64,000 nt of DNA, taken from assembly GCA_023259115.1 (NCBI GenBank), contig JAHFQW010000003.1, positions 46,346 through 110,345 on the forward strand. Reading direction: 5' to 3'. Every line of letters starts with the position of its first letter. The stretch's first letter is position 1. The position numbers and the translations under genes were made by a program. The notes under the pieces are model-generated. The model was not told the DNA's origin. It ran no database searches and was given only the letters and a program-made list of their open reading frames with translations. The stretch is from an archaeon (GTDB lineage Archaea > Nanobdellota > Nanobdellia > Woesearchaeales > GW2011-AR9). This document shows, piece after piece, positions 8,825 through 18,270 of this stretch.

Positions 8825-11293
8825 TTAAAAGAAGTTACCCAAGCCTTTCTGCGAACTTTCTTTGAAGATGTCTTCTTGGGAATAACCTAGCACGGCAAAG
8901 AGGGGAGCGACGGCGGGAAGGAGTTGGTTGTTGAGGTAGTAGTTGGCATCGTATTCTCCCTGTTTGACTTCCTGGGGAATTTTCGCTCGATCACGGACTA
9001 AACCTGTGCCTTTGACGAGGATATATTCAATAATAGTTCCGGGGGGGATTTTTTCACCACGTGATGCAAGCTGTTGAGCGATGGCGATGTGAGGCCCAAT
9101 AGAGGTGTAGGCAGTGAGTTCACGGGTGATTTGGGTTTTGATAATTAGTTGATCTAGAGGTATTTTGCCTGCCAGGAGGTCTTTGACGGTTTGACGGATG
9201 GTTTGGAAGGCTTCGTCTATTTTATCGGTGAGAATGAGCCGGAGAATATGTTGCTGGGTTTGTTTAGCGAAGAGAGACCAATTTCTTCTTATTGTTTCAA
9301 ATCCGGTGATTTTCATTTTGCCGTTTATGTCAAGGAGAGCATATTTCTTTTTTGCGCCTTTGTCTGTACCTTTGATGGCGACAAAAATGCCGCGAGTGTA
9401 TTGACCATCGCATTCGAGTTCCATTTGACTGGGAAGAGATTTATTGATGTCGTGCATGAATTCAAGTGCTTGGGTGAATGGTTTATTTTGGAGGAGGATA
9501 AAACAGGAATCGGTGTCGGCGTAAATGACTTTGAAGCCATGTTGCTCGGCTTGATGGATGGTTTGTTTGATATAATTTCGGGCATAGGCAGTGGTTGAGG
9601 CAGTGCATTCAATACAGTACCATCTTGCGCCGTAGAAGCCAAGGTAGCCATAAAATGAGTTGGCAAGAATTTTTAATGAATAGGTGCGGGCTTGAAGCAA
9701 GGTTGTGTCTTCGCCACGTTTTTTGGCTTCTTGGAGCAGACGTTTTTGCTGGGTGCGCAGGGTTAAGAGTTCGTCAAGTACGGTTGGGATGAATTTGCGT
9801 TCTTTTTTGCAGAACCAGTAGTCTGGCTGTTCAGGAACGTGAGGGAGATTTTTACAACAAGAGCAGCGAAAACTTTCAGGACCGATGTTATGAGCGCTGA
9901 TGATACTAGGATAGAGCGAGCGGAAGTCGAAGACGACAATGTCTTTATAGATGCCTGGTGTTGGTTCAAATACGAACGCGCCTTGAACTGATTCTGCCAT
10001 GCGCTGGTTGAGTTCTTGATCATCTGGTTTGTTGGGAGCGATTTCGTTGTATTCGATGGCACGTTTGAGTATGTAACTTTCTACTAATCTGGAGAAACGC
10101 ATTCTGATGACATCAAATAAGGGAACGCCGATGGTTTTAGAGAATTCAATGATGTCAAAGAGGAGTTTGGTTGTGAGTTTATGGGTTAAAACGGAGTCGT
10201 GAAGGTTATAGGCGCAGTAGTGTTCTAGTTTCTCTGGTTGGTTATCCCAGGTGTGGGCTAATTGATTGAGGTCAACGACATGTTTTTTGTGTCCGAGGAG
10301 TTCGTTTGAGACGGCATCTAGTGAGAAAGATTCGATTTTGAGGTCTTTGCCAAAGATGTTTTTGATGAATTTGAAGATGTCGATGTGAAGTATGCCGGCA
10401 ATTCTGGTTTCGCTGTCTTTGAGATCTGTTATTTTGCCGGTGTCGAGTTCGGAGTAGTCTTTTCCAAGATCTAGTTTGAGGTTGTGGATGTTGGCGCGGG
10501 TTTTGATGTAGGGGAAGTCGAAGCCATCGGTGAAGTATCCGGTGATGATTTCGGCGTTATATTCGATAATGAGATCACGTGCACGTTGGAGAAGAGCTTT
10601 TTCATCTGCGACAAATTCGATGTAGGATTCTGTGGTTTGAAATTTTTTCCAGGTGAGGACTTTGCGAAATTCTTGACCGGCTTGATTGACGCCATATAAT
10701 GAGAGCATGAGAATGGGATTTTTTTGCGGATTGATTTCTTTTTTTTCTGCGTAGGTTTCGATGTCGAGCGCAAGTATGTTCCAATGCGCAGCGGTTTCTT
10801 TGGTGAGTTGTTTTAATGAAGTGGCTTTAAAGAGGGGGGTGCGATAGCTTGGGTCTTTGATGAAATTGCCTTCGACTTCGGTTAAGGTCATGGGGGTGAG
10901 CTGGAGGTCGCGAAGGAATCGATGAGTGAATAAGATGTCACGTTCATGGCAGGTGTAACTTTTATTGGCGAGTTCTTTGGCGATTAAGGGAACGGCGCGA
11001 GGGTAGTTAACATAGACTTTGAGGAATGGTTGAGGAGTGCCCAGAAGCTTTTTTGTGGTTTCTTCCCAACGCAAGACGCGAGCAGGTTCGGGGGAGGTGT
11101 CAACGGAGATGGTTTTGAGAATGTCGATTAAGGGAGGGAGGGAGACATTTTTGAGCGAGATGTAGAAGTAGGGGGTGTAGGGGTGTTGAATGGTTATGAG
11201 TTCGTTTTGGGAGGTTTTAGCGTAGAGAATGATATAGACTATACCCTCTTTGTATTTATACTGGAAGTCGTAGGGGTAGCAGGAGAGTTGCAT
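8825..11293 (-). CDS. polB: Family B DNA polymerase
   Basis: Exo I LALDIETY; motif B KILANSFYGYLG; motif C YADTDSCFI (a YGDTDS variant); 822 aa. Confidence 0.9.
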   Translation of the reverse strand: MQLSCYPYDFQYKYKEGIVYIILYAKTSQNELITIQHPYTPYFYISLKNVSLPPLIDILKTISVDTSPEPARVLRWEETTKKLLGTPQPFLKVYVNYPRAVPLIAKELANKSYTCHERDILFTHRFLRDLQLTPMTLTEVEGNFIKDPSYRTPLFKATSLKQLTKETAAHWNILALDIETYAEKKEINPQKNPILMLSLYGVNQAGQEFRKVLTWKKFQTTESYIEFVADEKALLQRARDLIIEYNAEIITGYFTDGFDFPYIKTRANIHNLKLDLGKDYSELDTGKITDLKDSETRIAGILHIDIFKFIKNIFGKDLKIESFSLDAVSNELLGHKKHVVDLNQLAHTWDNQPEKLEHYCAYNLHDSVLTHKLTTKLLFDIIEFSKTIGVPLFDVIRMRFSRLVESYILKRAIEYNEIAPNKPDDQELNQRMAESVQGAFVFEPTPGIYKDIVVFDFRSLYPSIISAHNIGPESFRCSCCKNLPHVPEQPDYWFCKKERKFIPTVLDELLTLRTQQKRLLQEAKKRGEDTTLLQARTYSLKILANSFYGYLGFYGARWYCIECTASTTAYARNYIKQTIHQAEQHGFKVIYADTDSCFILLQNKPFTQALEFMHDINKSLPSQMELECDGQYTRGIFVAIKGTDKGAKKKYALLDINGKMKITGFETIRRNWSLFAKQTQQHILRLILTDKIDEAFQTIRQTVKDLLAGKIPLDQLIIKTQITRELTAYTSIGPHIAIAQQLASRGEKIPPGTIIEYILVKGTGLVRDRAKIPQEVKQGEYDANYYLNNQLLPAVAPLFAVLGYSQEDIFKESSQKGLGNFF

Positions 11294-11584
11294 GGGGATT
11301 TTTTGATTGATGATTTATATAAAGTTATGGGGCTATTTTTTAAGAATATGTTTTTCAAGAGTGACAACTAATATTTATAAATACAAAGAGTTTTATGGTT
11401 CTTATGGCAAATGAAAAGAAACTATTGAATGTGACGCAGAAGTTTGTGATGAATATGCTGGAGAATACGCAGAAAACAGGAGATGTGCGAGCACATTCGG
11501 CAAATGATAATGTGAATCCTTCTGATATTGATAAAGTGATGATGAATCTGAAGAAAGGGGTTTTAAGGACGAAGTAGAAAAATA

Positions 11585-11695
11585 ATTTTTATAGAGGGGT
11601 TTGATTAACCATCTAAAATTCCTCAAACCCATTTAAGAAGTACTTTGAATGTTAATGAATATAGGGGTTATTCAAAGTCTTCTATAATCTTATTA
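11585..11695. repeat. Intergenic repeat element (GAGGGGTTTGATTAACC + ACTTTGAAT/ATTCAAAGT palindrome)
   Basis: ATAGAGGGGTTTGATTAACCATCTAAAATTCCTCAAACCC...AAGTACTTTGAATGTTAATGAATATAGGGGTTATTCAAAGT lies downstream of the 3' end of the minus-strand gene at 11712. Confidence 0.5.
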
Positions 11696-11711
11696 GGATT
11701 AGTTTGCTTTC

Positions 11712-13064
11712 TCACTCAAATAACAACATCTGCTCTTTGAGATAATCAAAGACTTTGGGTACTTTGTTGATGGCGTTTAGTCTATGCATATGACGATGTC
11801 TGATTTTTTTGGTTTGTTCGGTGGTGAGGCCAGAGCTGATGTTGTAGGTTATTTTGGGATCTAACACGGTACGTTTTTTTTCATTAATATTACTTATCTG
11901 ATATTGTGCTGGATTGTCATAAATGGTGCTGCCTTGTTGAAGACCAAAGATGCTGGAGCAGATAAGATCGATGTTGTCTTTTTGCTCTGTGAGGAAATCA
12001 AATGAGGACATGACTTCTTCTTTTGTTTCCGTGGGAAAGCCAAACATGATATAGACCATATTTTTGATGCCGGTGGTGTGGCTGGTGCTCAGTACGCTTG
12101 GGATGTCTTGAATATGTGTGCCTTTTTTCATTAAATCTAAAATACGTTGGTTGGCGGATTCGACACCCCAGCACACCGTATGTAAACCGGCGGCATGGAG
12201 TTCTGAGAGTGCGGGGATGAGATCTTTGGTGGGACGTAATTGCACCCACCATTTGACGTTGAGGGGCTTTAGGGCAGAAGCGAGATGGAGCAGACGTTTT
12301 GTGGAGATCATGTCATCAATGAAGTAAATATATTTTATGTTGTGATTTTGAATGGTTTGGATAATTGTGTCAATAGGATATTCAGCGTAGGGGACTTTAG
12401 CGTAGTGGGTGCAAAATGTGCAGAGTTTATAGAAGCAAGTGGTGGTGGTTTTGAGAGGGTAGATGGGTTTTGCGGAGAGGTAGTGTTGTGTGTGAAAGTC
12501 ACTAAAATCTGGAGGAAGGGCTATTGTTGCAGGTGGTTTCGCGTGGATATGTTGAGTTTGTAAGTACGTGATTAATTCTTGTTCGTTTTTGAGGTAGATG
12601 GCACTTTTTTTGAGATTGGTTGTGACAGCGGGACCACCCACGATTATGGGGATGTTGAGTGTGGAGAGGGCGTTGATGAGGGCTTGGGTGTAGAAACATT
12701 GAGAGTTGTAGACTAGGCTTATGGCGATGAAGTTGGGCTTTTTTTCTTTGATGTGGTGGACTAAATTTTGTAGGTGGTCGGGAGGTTGTGAGGCGATAAT
12801 CTGTTTGTGGTTTTTGTTGTAGAGTTCTCTTGATTCATTTTCGAATTGTTGTAAGAGTTCACCATAGGCCGTGATGCCTTGTTGGTAAGCAGATTGGATG
12901 TTTTGGTAGTAAGTGGGAAATTGCAGGGTGTGAAAATACGCGTTGAGGTCAAGACATTGGATGTCGAGATCAAGTGCGGCGTTCAGATTGCTTTTGAGTG
13001 CGGCAAGCGAGTAGGGCATGGCAGTAGGAGTACAGAAAGGTGGGTAAAGGAGGAGGAGTTTCAT
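11712..13064 (-). CDS. B12-binding-domain / radical-SAM-like protein
   Basis: N-terminus resembles B12-binding radical-SAM N-domains (KLLLLYPP...). The Cys cluster CFYKLCTFC is Cx4Cx2C, not the canonical Cx3Cx2C. Confidence 0.45.
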   Translation of the reverse strand: MKLLLLYPPFCTPTAMPYSLAALKSNLNAALDLDIQCLDLNAYFHTLQFPTYYQNIQSAYQQGITAYGELLQQFENESRELYNKNHKQIIASQPPDHLQNLVHHIKEKKPNFIAISLVYNSQCFYTQALINALSTLNIPIIVGGPAVTTNLKKSAIYLKNEQELITYLQTQHIHAKPPATIALPPDFSDFHTQHYLSAKPIYPLKTTTTCFYKLCTFCTHYAKVPYAEYPIDTIIQTIQNHNIKYIYFIDDMISTKRLLHLASALKPLNVKWWVQLRPTKDLIPALSELHAAGLHTVCWGVESANQRILDLMKKGTHIQDIPSVLSTSHTTGIKNMVYIMFGFPTETKEEVMSSFDFLTEQKDNIDLICSSIFGLQQGSTIYDNPAQYQISNINEKKRTVLDPKITYNISSGLTTEQTKKIRHRHMHRLNAINKVPKVFDYLKEQMLLFE

Positions 13065-13140
13065 TTGGTTTATTGGTTCAATGGTTTCTATAAATACTTT
13101 TAGGCAAATCTTTATTAATCTTGAAAATATGATTTAAATT

Positions 13141-13638
13141 ATGTCTATCAAAATTCTGATTACAGGGGGGACGTTTGATAAAGTGTATAATGAGCTTAAA
13201 GGGACGTTGACGTTTCGAGAGACGCATATTCGAGAGATGCTTAAGTTGGGAAGGGTGAATGCGCCTGTTGATGTGGAGAAGGTAGAGATGATTGATAGTT
13301 TAGATATGACCTTGAAAGATAGAGTGAAGATTTTTGAATATTGTCGTAAATCTAAAGAAAAACAGATTGTAATTACGCATGGCACGGATACGATGGTGCA
13401 AACAGCGATATTGTTAGGAAAAGAAATGAAGAAGTTACGAGGGAAAACGATTGTGCTCACGGGAGCGATTATTCCGTATGCATTTGGGAGTTCGGATGGG
13501 TTGTTTAATCTAGGTTGTGCGATGGGGTTTGTACAGGCGATGCCTAGCGGGGTGTATATTGCGATGAATGGGAAATGTTTTACATGGCAGAATGTGCGCA
13601 AAAATAAACGCAGAGGAGTTTTTGAGGAGAAGAGGTAG
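13141..13638 (+). CDS. Asparaginase-family protein, N-terminal domain only
   Basis: ILITGGTFDK and VITHGTDTMVQTA match the L-asparaginase / GatD N-domain signatures. Only 165 aa, so the C-domain is absent. Confidence 0.6.
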   Translation: MSIKILITGGTFDKVYNELKGTLTFRETHIREMLKLGRVNAPVDVEKVEMIDSLDMTLKDRVKIFEYCRKSKEKQIVITHGTDTMVQTAILLGKEMKKLRGKTIVLTGAIIPYAFGSSDGLFNLGCAMGFVQAMPSGVYIAMNGKCFTWQNVRKNKRRGVFEEKR

Positions 13639-13679
13639 GTTAAAGAATTACAAAAATATTTTCAAATAAAGAATTTGAC

Positions 13680-14354
13680 ATGATTCCAAGAGGATCGGTG
13701 TTAGTAAATACGAGTTATATTCAATTCAAAAAAAGCGATAATTATTTTAAATGGGCAAGATTTGGTGAATGTATGGATATCACACAAGCATTTTTATCTG
13801 GAATAAAAGATTGTGAAGAATTTCCTGAAGCATTGGAAATAGTTAAAGGAAATTCTTCTGGAAAAATTTGGCTTATTGGAGGATTTGTTTATAGAACGAT
13901 AGCAAGTCAATTATACGGATTGCCAAAACCAGAAGTAGATTTGGATTTTGTTGTAGAATATCCTGTATCGGATTTTAATTTACCTTCTGGTTGGAGAGCT
14001 GATAAAAATAGATTTAGCAATCCAAAATTAGTGAATGGCAAAAAGCAAATAGATTATGTTCATTTAGGAAATATTTACTCAATTCTCCAAAGACAGATTG
14101 AACCTACGATTGAAATTTTTTTGACAGGTGTTCCTTTAACAGTTCAATCTGTTGCTTATGATGTTAATGAAAATAGAGTCATTGGAGAAATTGGGATTGA
14201 TGCTTTACAAAGAAGAGTTGTTGAAGTAAATGATTTGCTTTTTGCCGAATATGCTGCAAAAAAGAAAAACAAATCCCTCCACGAAATGATACAAGAGAAA
14301 GCTGATGGATTAGGATTTACGCCAATTTTTCCTGAACGCAAATCTTGCCCTTAA
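13680..14354 (+). CDS. Putative nucleotidyltransferase-fold protein
   Basis: LIGGFVYRTIAS...EVDLDFVV resembles a pol-beta-type NTase GG...DxD core. Weak. Confidence 0.3.
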   Translation: MIPRGSVLVNTSYIQFKKSDNYFKWARFGECMDITQAFLSGIKDCEEFPEALEIVKGNSSGKIWLIGGFVYRTIASQLYGLPKPEVDLDFVVEYPVSDFNLPSGWRADKNRFSNPKLVNGKKQIDYVHLGNIYSILQRQIEPTIEIFLTGVPLTVQSVAYDVNENRVIGEIGIDALQRRVVEVNDLLFAEYAAKKKNKSLHEMIQEKADGLGFTPIFPERKSCP

Positions 14355-14698
14355 TTTATTTGGAAATCGCTTTTTCTGAACTCTGAAATTTCCCTCCGGG
14401 ATGTTGCACTAAATTTCAGCCCTACAGGTAATATAACAGGAATTTCCATACGTTTAGTGAAAGTGTTTGATGAAAAAGATTTTATGGCATGGATCAAGAG
14501 AGGGAATAATTTTGCCATTTTTGATTATTCTGTTAGTGAGGATTACTATAAAAATTTAAGACATTTGAAGAGGGTAATCTTTCCTAAAGTAATTGCAGGG
14601 ATGACCCTGGAAGCTACGCAAAGGTTAAGTGTAACTGTTATTGAGAATATAAAATCGTATTTAACTCATAAACCAATTAATGTTTTGAATATTTAAGT

Positions 14699-15256
14699 TC
14701 AGGGTAATCGTTTGAGTGATTTTAACAGGTAACTATCTGGTGCGGGAGATTCTTTGGGTTTTGAGGAGGGTTGGGATGTGGATTCAGAGGATGGTTGTTG
14801 TAATTGTGAATTTTCTTCTGGTGTTGCGGGTTGTTGTTTGTGTTCGCGTTTGAGTTCGTCTTGAAGGGCGGTGAATGTGGTTTCTAAGTCAACTTCGCTG
14901 AGGGGTTTTGGCTGCCATTGAAGTGGGAGAGTATCGTTTTCTTTACGAGGGATGATTTCGAGCGCGACGTGGGGAACTTTTTGTCCGCCGGCGAGGCCGT
15001 TTTGAATGATGATGTTAGTTCCTTGGATGCCAAGGGTGTCAAAAGAGGCGATACTGACTTTGTTGGCGAGCAGAGAGCATTTTTGCAGAAGCTTGGGAGG
15101 AATCATTTCGACAATGGTGAAGTGTTGTTTAGGGATGACGGTTATTTGGCCCGGGGTTAAAACCATGTCTTTGACAACGATGAGCGTATCGCTATCTTCG
15201 TAGAGGATAGAGGCGTTGGTTTTTTGTTCAACAATTTCGCAATAGTCGCATTTCAT
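14699..15256 (-). CDS. HIT-family protein with degenerate histidine triad and a P/S/Q-rich tail
   Basis: N-terminal CDYCEI; HIT-like segment PHVALEIIPRKEND (HxAxExx instead of HxHxHxx); low-complexity C-terminus. Confidence 0.55.
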   Translation of the reverse strand: MKCDYCEIVEQKTNASILYEDSDTLIVVKDMVLTPGQITVIPKQHFTIVEMIPPKLLQKCSLLANKVSIASFDTLGIQGTNIIIQNGLAGGQKVPHVALEIIPRKENDTLPLQWQPKPLSEVDLETTFTALQDELKREHKQQPATPEENSQLQQPSSESTSQPSSKPKESPAPDSYLLKSLKRLP

Positions 15257-15292
15257 GGTTTGTTTTTGATATTTATTTGAATATTTTGATAT

Positions 15293-16048
15293 TTATTTGA
15301 ATAAGTTGGCGATGTCATCTAAGGAGACGGATTCTTTTGGGCGGGTCGATGGTTCTGATTCTTCAGGTGATGATTCTTTTGGTTTCTTGATTTTTTTTGG
15401 GGATATTGATTGAGCAGATGTCTGCGGCAGGGGAGAGGGGGAAGATAATGGTTGTTCTGGTTGTGCGGGAATAGAGGGAGTTGGAGGAGGAGAAGATAAT
15501 TCGAGGGATTCTGGAAGTGATTCTTGTGGTGTTTGATTTGGGATGCCGAGCAGTTCGTTGAGGCGTCCTTGGATGGCTTGAGCTATATTTTGTTGATAGG
15601 TTTTGTCTAGTAGTTTTTCTTCTGCGCCGAGTAAGTTATCTCCTTCTTTTCGGGGGATAACGTGGATGAGAAAATGTTGGGCACGCTGACCGGCTGCGAG
15701 ACCATTGGCAATGAAAATATTTGTGCCCGATACTTTGAGAGAACGTAATTGGAGTTGTGACATTTGCTGGGCAATGATGAAGAGGTGGCCGATTAATGGG
15801 TCGGGTAATTGGGGCATGATGGCGTAGTGAATTTTGGGGAGAATGAGAATATGTCCTTTCGCGGCGGGATTAATGTCGAGAATAGAGAGGGAGTGTTCAT
15901 CTTCATGAATTATTTTGGAAGGGATTTTTTTGGAGATGATTTGACAGAAAATACATTGTTGTTTTTGGAGTTCTGCGAGCTGCTCTGGCGACATATTTTT
16001 TATTTTTTCTTCCAGAGCTTTACGCTGTTCTTCGGTCATTTCGGGCAT
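15293..16048 (-). CDS. HIT-family protein paralog with N-terminal coiled segment and a P/S-rich tail
   Basis: CIFCQII (classic Hint N-terminus); QHFLIHVIPRKEGDN has the middle His replaced by Leu; P/S-rich C-terminus. Confidence 0.55.
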   Translation of the reverse strand: MPEMTEEQRKALEEKIKNMSPEQLAELQKQQCIFCQIISKKIPSKIIHEDEHSLSILDINPAAKGHILILPKIHYAIMPQLPDPLIGHLFIIAQQMSQLQLRSLKVSGTNIFIANGLAAGQRAQHFLIHVIPRKEGDNLLGAEEKLLDKTYQQNIAQAIQGRLNELLGIPNQTPQESLPESLELSSPPPTPSIPAQPEQPLSSPSPLPQTSAQSISPKKIKKPKESSPEESEPSTRPKESVSLDDIANLFK

Positions 16049-16187
16049 GGTTTAGGAGGGGTGGGAGAGGTTTATAAAAGTATGGGGGTGTTTTAATTAT
16101 TATTAACTAGTAGTTATTTTAGGAAGATTTATAAATGGTTGTTGCTATTATAACGAAGGACACAAAATATTTAGTATATGAACAAAA

Positions 16188-16808
16188 ATGACAAATGAAA
16201 AATATTGTATAGGAAGACCTGAACACATTTCACCAGAATTGGCGAGAACTATTGATGATACGATTTTGGTTGAGTTTTATAATACGGGAAAAGTGAGTTT
16301 GCCAGAAGCGGCACAAAAACAATCGCTTCATGGAATGTATGTTTTAAATAGCTCATTATTAACTAGATTACAGCCAGATTGGGGAAGGATTAGTTTTGAG
16401 ACTATGGGATTTCTTGATGAGCCATATGGCTGTGTCACGGGTATTGAACAACAAGGAGGATATATTATTGAATATAATTCGTTTCGTAATGGTGCATCAA
16501 TATCTTTTCTAATTACTCCAGAGGCAGAGGGGAATATGAAACATAAAGTTGAAAAAAATAAGCAACCAAGTAGGTATGGGCTTAAGGAAAAGAAAGAATT
16601 TCCTATTGTTATTCCGCCAGGGTGGAGTATGTCTGTTATACACCAAGTAATGAGAGGTCTTGCATCTAAACGAGTAACAGATTTTAAGATACGCGATGGA
16701 CCAGCACGCGATGCCCCTCTAGAAGTTGAGTTGCCAGAACTGGAAAAATTTGCTCAAGAAGGATGGCATTTGCCATATGAAAATCTGCGATTATATAATG
16801 AAAAATGA
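16188..16808 (+). CDS. Hypothetical protein (206 aa)
   Basis: Clean ORF; no motif recognised. Confidence 0.4.
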   Translation: MTNEKYCIGRPEHISPELARTIDDTILVEFYNTGKVSLPEAAQKQSLHGMYVLNSSLLTRLQPDWGRISFETMGFLDEPYGCVTGIEQQGGYIIEYNSFRNGASISFLITPEAEGNMKHKVEKNKQPSRYGLKEKKEFPIVIPPGWSMSVIHQVMRGLASKRVTDFKIRDGPARDAPLEVELPELEKFAQEGWHLPYENLRLYNEK

Positions 16809-17187
16809 TAAGTTAGGGCAAACTCTTCCATAAGTAATGAAAGTATTTTTTATAATTCTCTGCGAGTGATGTATGAGTTATGACAAAGGCAATAGGTTTT
16901 TCTAACCAGAGTACGTTGGCTATGGTGTCGCCATAGATGTAGATTACATTGGGTCCAGCGAGTATTTATCTTGAACGTGGGGAAGATAGGCAAAAGAGAT
17001 TATACCAATGGGATACGTTTCGATCTGTTTCTTGTTGTGCAGAAGAGGCGCTAGAAATTACACGGGCAGAATTTCAAGAATTAATTACACCCCTCAAAAA
17101 TGATTTGCAATTGTTTTATGATAAAGAAAAATGGCGAGCGTGTGAACCTAAAAAGTAAGGTGATAATGGTCTACTTGTAATAGATAA

Positions 17188-18270
17188 TCATTTTTTCAAA
17201 AACTCTTTGACGTTCTTAAAATCGACTTTGATGATTTGAGAAAATGAAAGGGAATAGGTGGTCATTTTATTTTCTTAATTTCTTTTTTTGGAGGAAGAAA
17301 ATTTTCTCCGGTCACAACATTTTTTCCGGTCTTTTCTTCAAGTTCTATTCGTGCATTCTTAGCAATTTTGCCGCCTTTCTTGCTAGCAATAGTATTTTCT
17401 GGCATGCCTTGGGCATTCATTGTTTGTGCAATTTGCCTCGTTGATAATTCTGCAAGTGCGGTAAAAACCAGTTCTGCTTCATTCATATGATCACGAAGAT
17501 TCTGATTTTTTAGTCCTTTCAAGTCTTTATGTTCTTTAACATTAACTCCTGACCATTCTTCGTGGATGATATTAGTTAATATGGCATATTCTTCATCTTT
17601 TGTAACATCATGATCTTTCCAATAGTCTGTGAGCTTATTTCTAATCTCTTGACTCATCATTCGCTGCTGGATCCACTTCTCACTGCGTCCAAGCTTTTGC
17701 CAATTGTCTCTAGCTCTATCTAAAGATAATGATGGATCTGCTAGCTCTTTCATACGTTCATATCCCACCTTAGCAAGCCATAATTTTATAGGCTCAGCTT
17801 TGGGAGAAGGAATAGACTGAATTAGACGCAATAGAATATCTGGACTAGCCACATCTGTCTCACGCATCTTCCCATCTTGTGCGGGTAATTTCAACTGGTC
17901 ACAATTTGTGACCACTTCACTCCCTTCATTTTTTAAACGATTTTTAAGAGTAGTCCAGTAAGATTTTGCTTTATCATAATCCGTTTGTTGTGTTAAAACT
18001 GCCACAATATCAATTACGGAAAAATACCATGTTTCTGTCTTCTCATCGTAGTATCTTCTTATCTTATAATTTTCAAATATTGTTAAGTTATTTACCATCT
18101 TTACAACCTCAAAAACATAATAATTTCATGTCCAGTTATTATTGATGCTTAAAAAAGAGGTGAACATTAAAAAGATTACCTCCTTGAAAATCATAATTAT
18201 TAAAATTTTATCCCCGCTATATTCATTTTTTCAAAAACTCTTTGACGTTCTTAAAATCGACTTTGATGAA
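17188..18270. mobile_element. Putative integrated or degenerate mobile element flanked by 47-bp perfect direct repeats
   Basis: TCATTTTTTCAAAAACTCTTTGACGTTCTTAAAATCGACTTTGATGA occurs at 17188-17234 and again at 18224-18270. The second copy is the 3' coding end (…KVDFKNVKEFLKK*) of rnhC; the first is a partial duplicate of it. The only complete gene between them is dinD-like. Confidence 0.45.
17262..18098 (-). CDS. DinD-like / Bro-N (KilA-N) domain protein
   Basis: N-terminal FENYKIRRYYDEKTETWYFSVIDIVAVLT is Bro-N-like. C-terminal half aligns with E. coli DinD (KGLKNQNLRDHMNEAELVFTALAEL vs KGLKKNQKILDHMGSTELAANLFRATQ). Confidence 0.65.
   Translation of the reverse strand: MVNNLTIFENYKIRRYYDEKTETWYFSVIDIVAVLTQQTDYDKAKSYWTTLKNRLKNEGSEVVTNCDQLKLPAQDGKMRETDVASPDILLRLIQSIPSPKAEPIKLWLAKVGYERMKELADPSLSLDRARDNWQKLGRSEKWIQQRMMSQEIRNKLTDYWKDHDVTKDEEYAILTNIIHEEWSGVNVKEHKDLKGLKNQNLRDHMNEAELVFTALAELSTRQIAQTMNAQGMPENTIASKKGGKIAKNARIELEEKTGKNVVTGENFLPPKKEIKKIK

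Noticed and set aside
14383-14419. CTGAAATTT...AAATTTCAG hairpin after gene 13680..14354 as an intrinsic terminator
   Set aside because: Archaeal termination relies mainly on oligo-T tracts, and one (T5) already follows the stop. The hairpin is real but a terminator role is unsupported, so it is not annotated.
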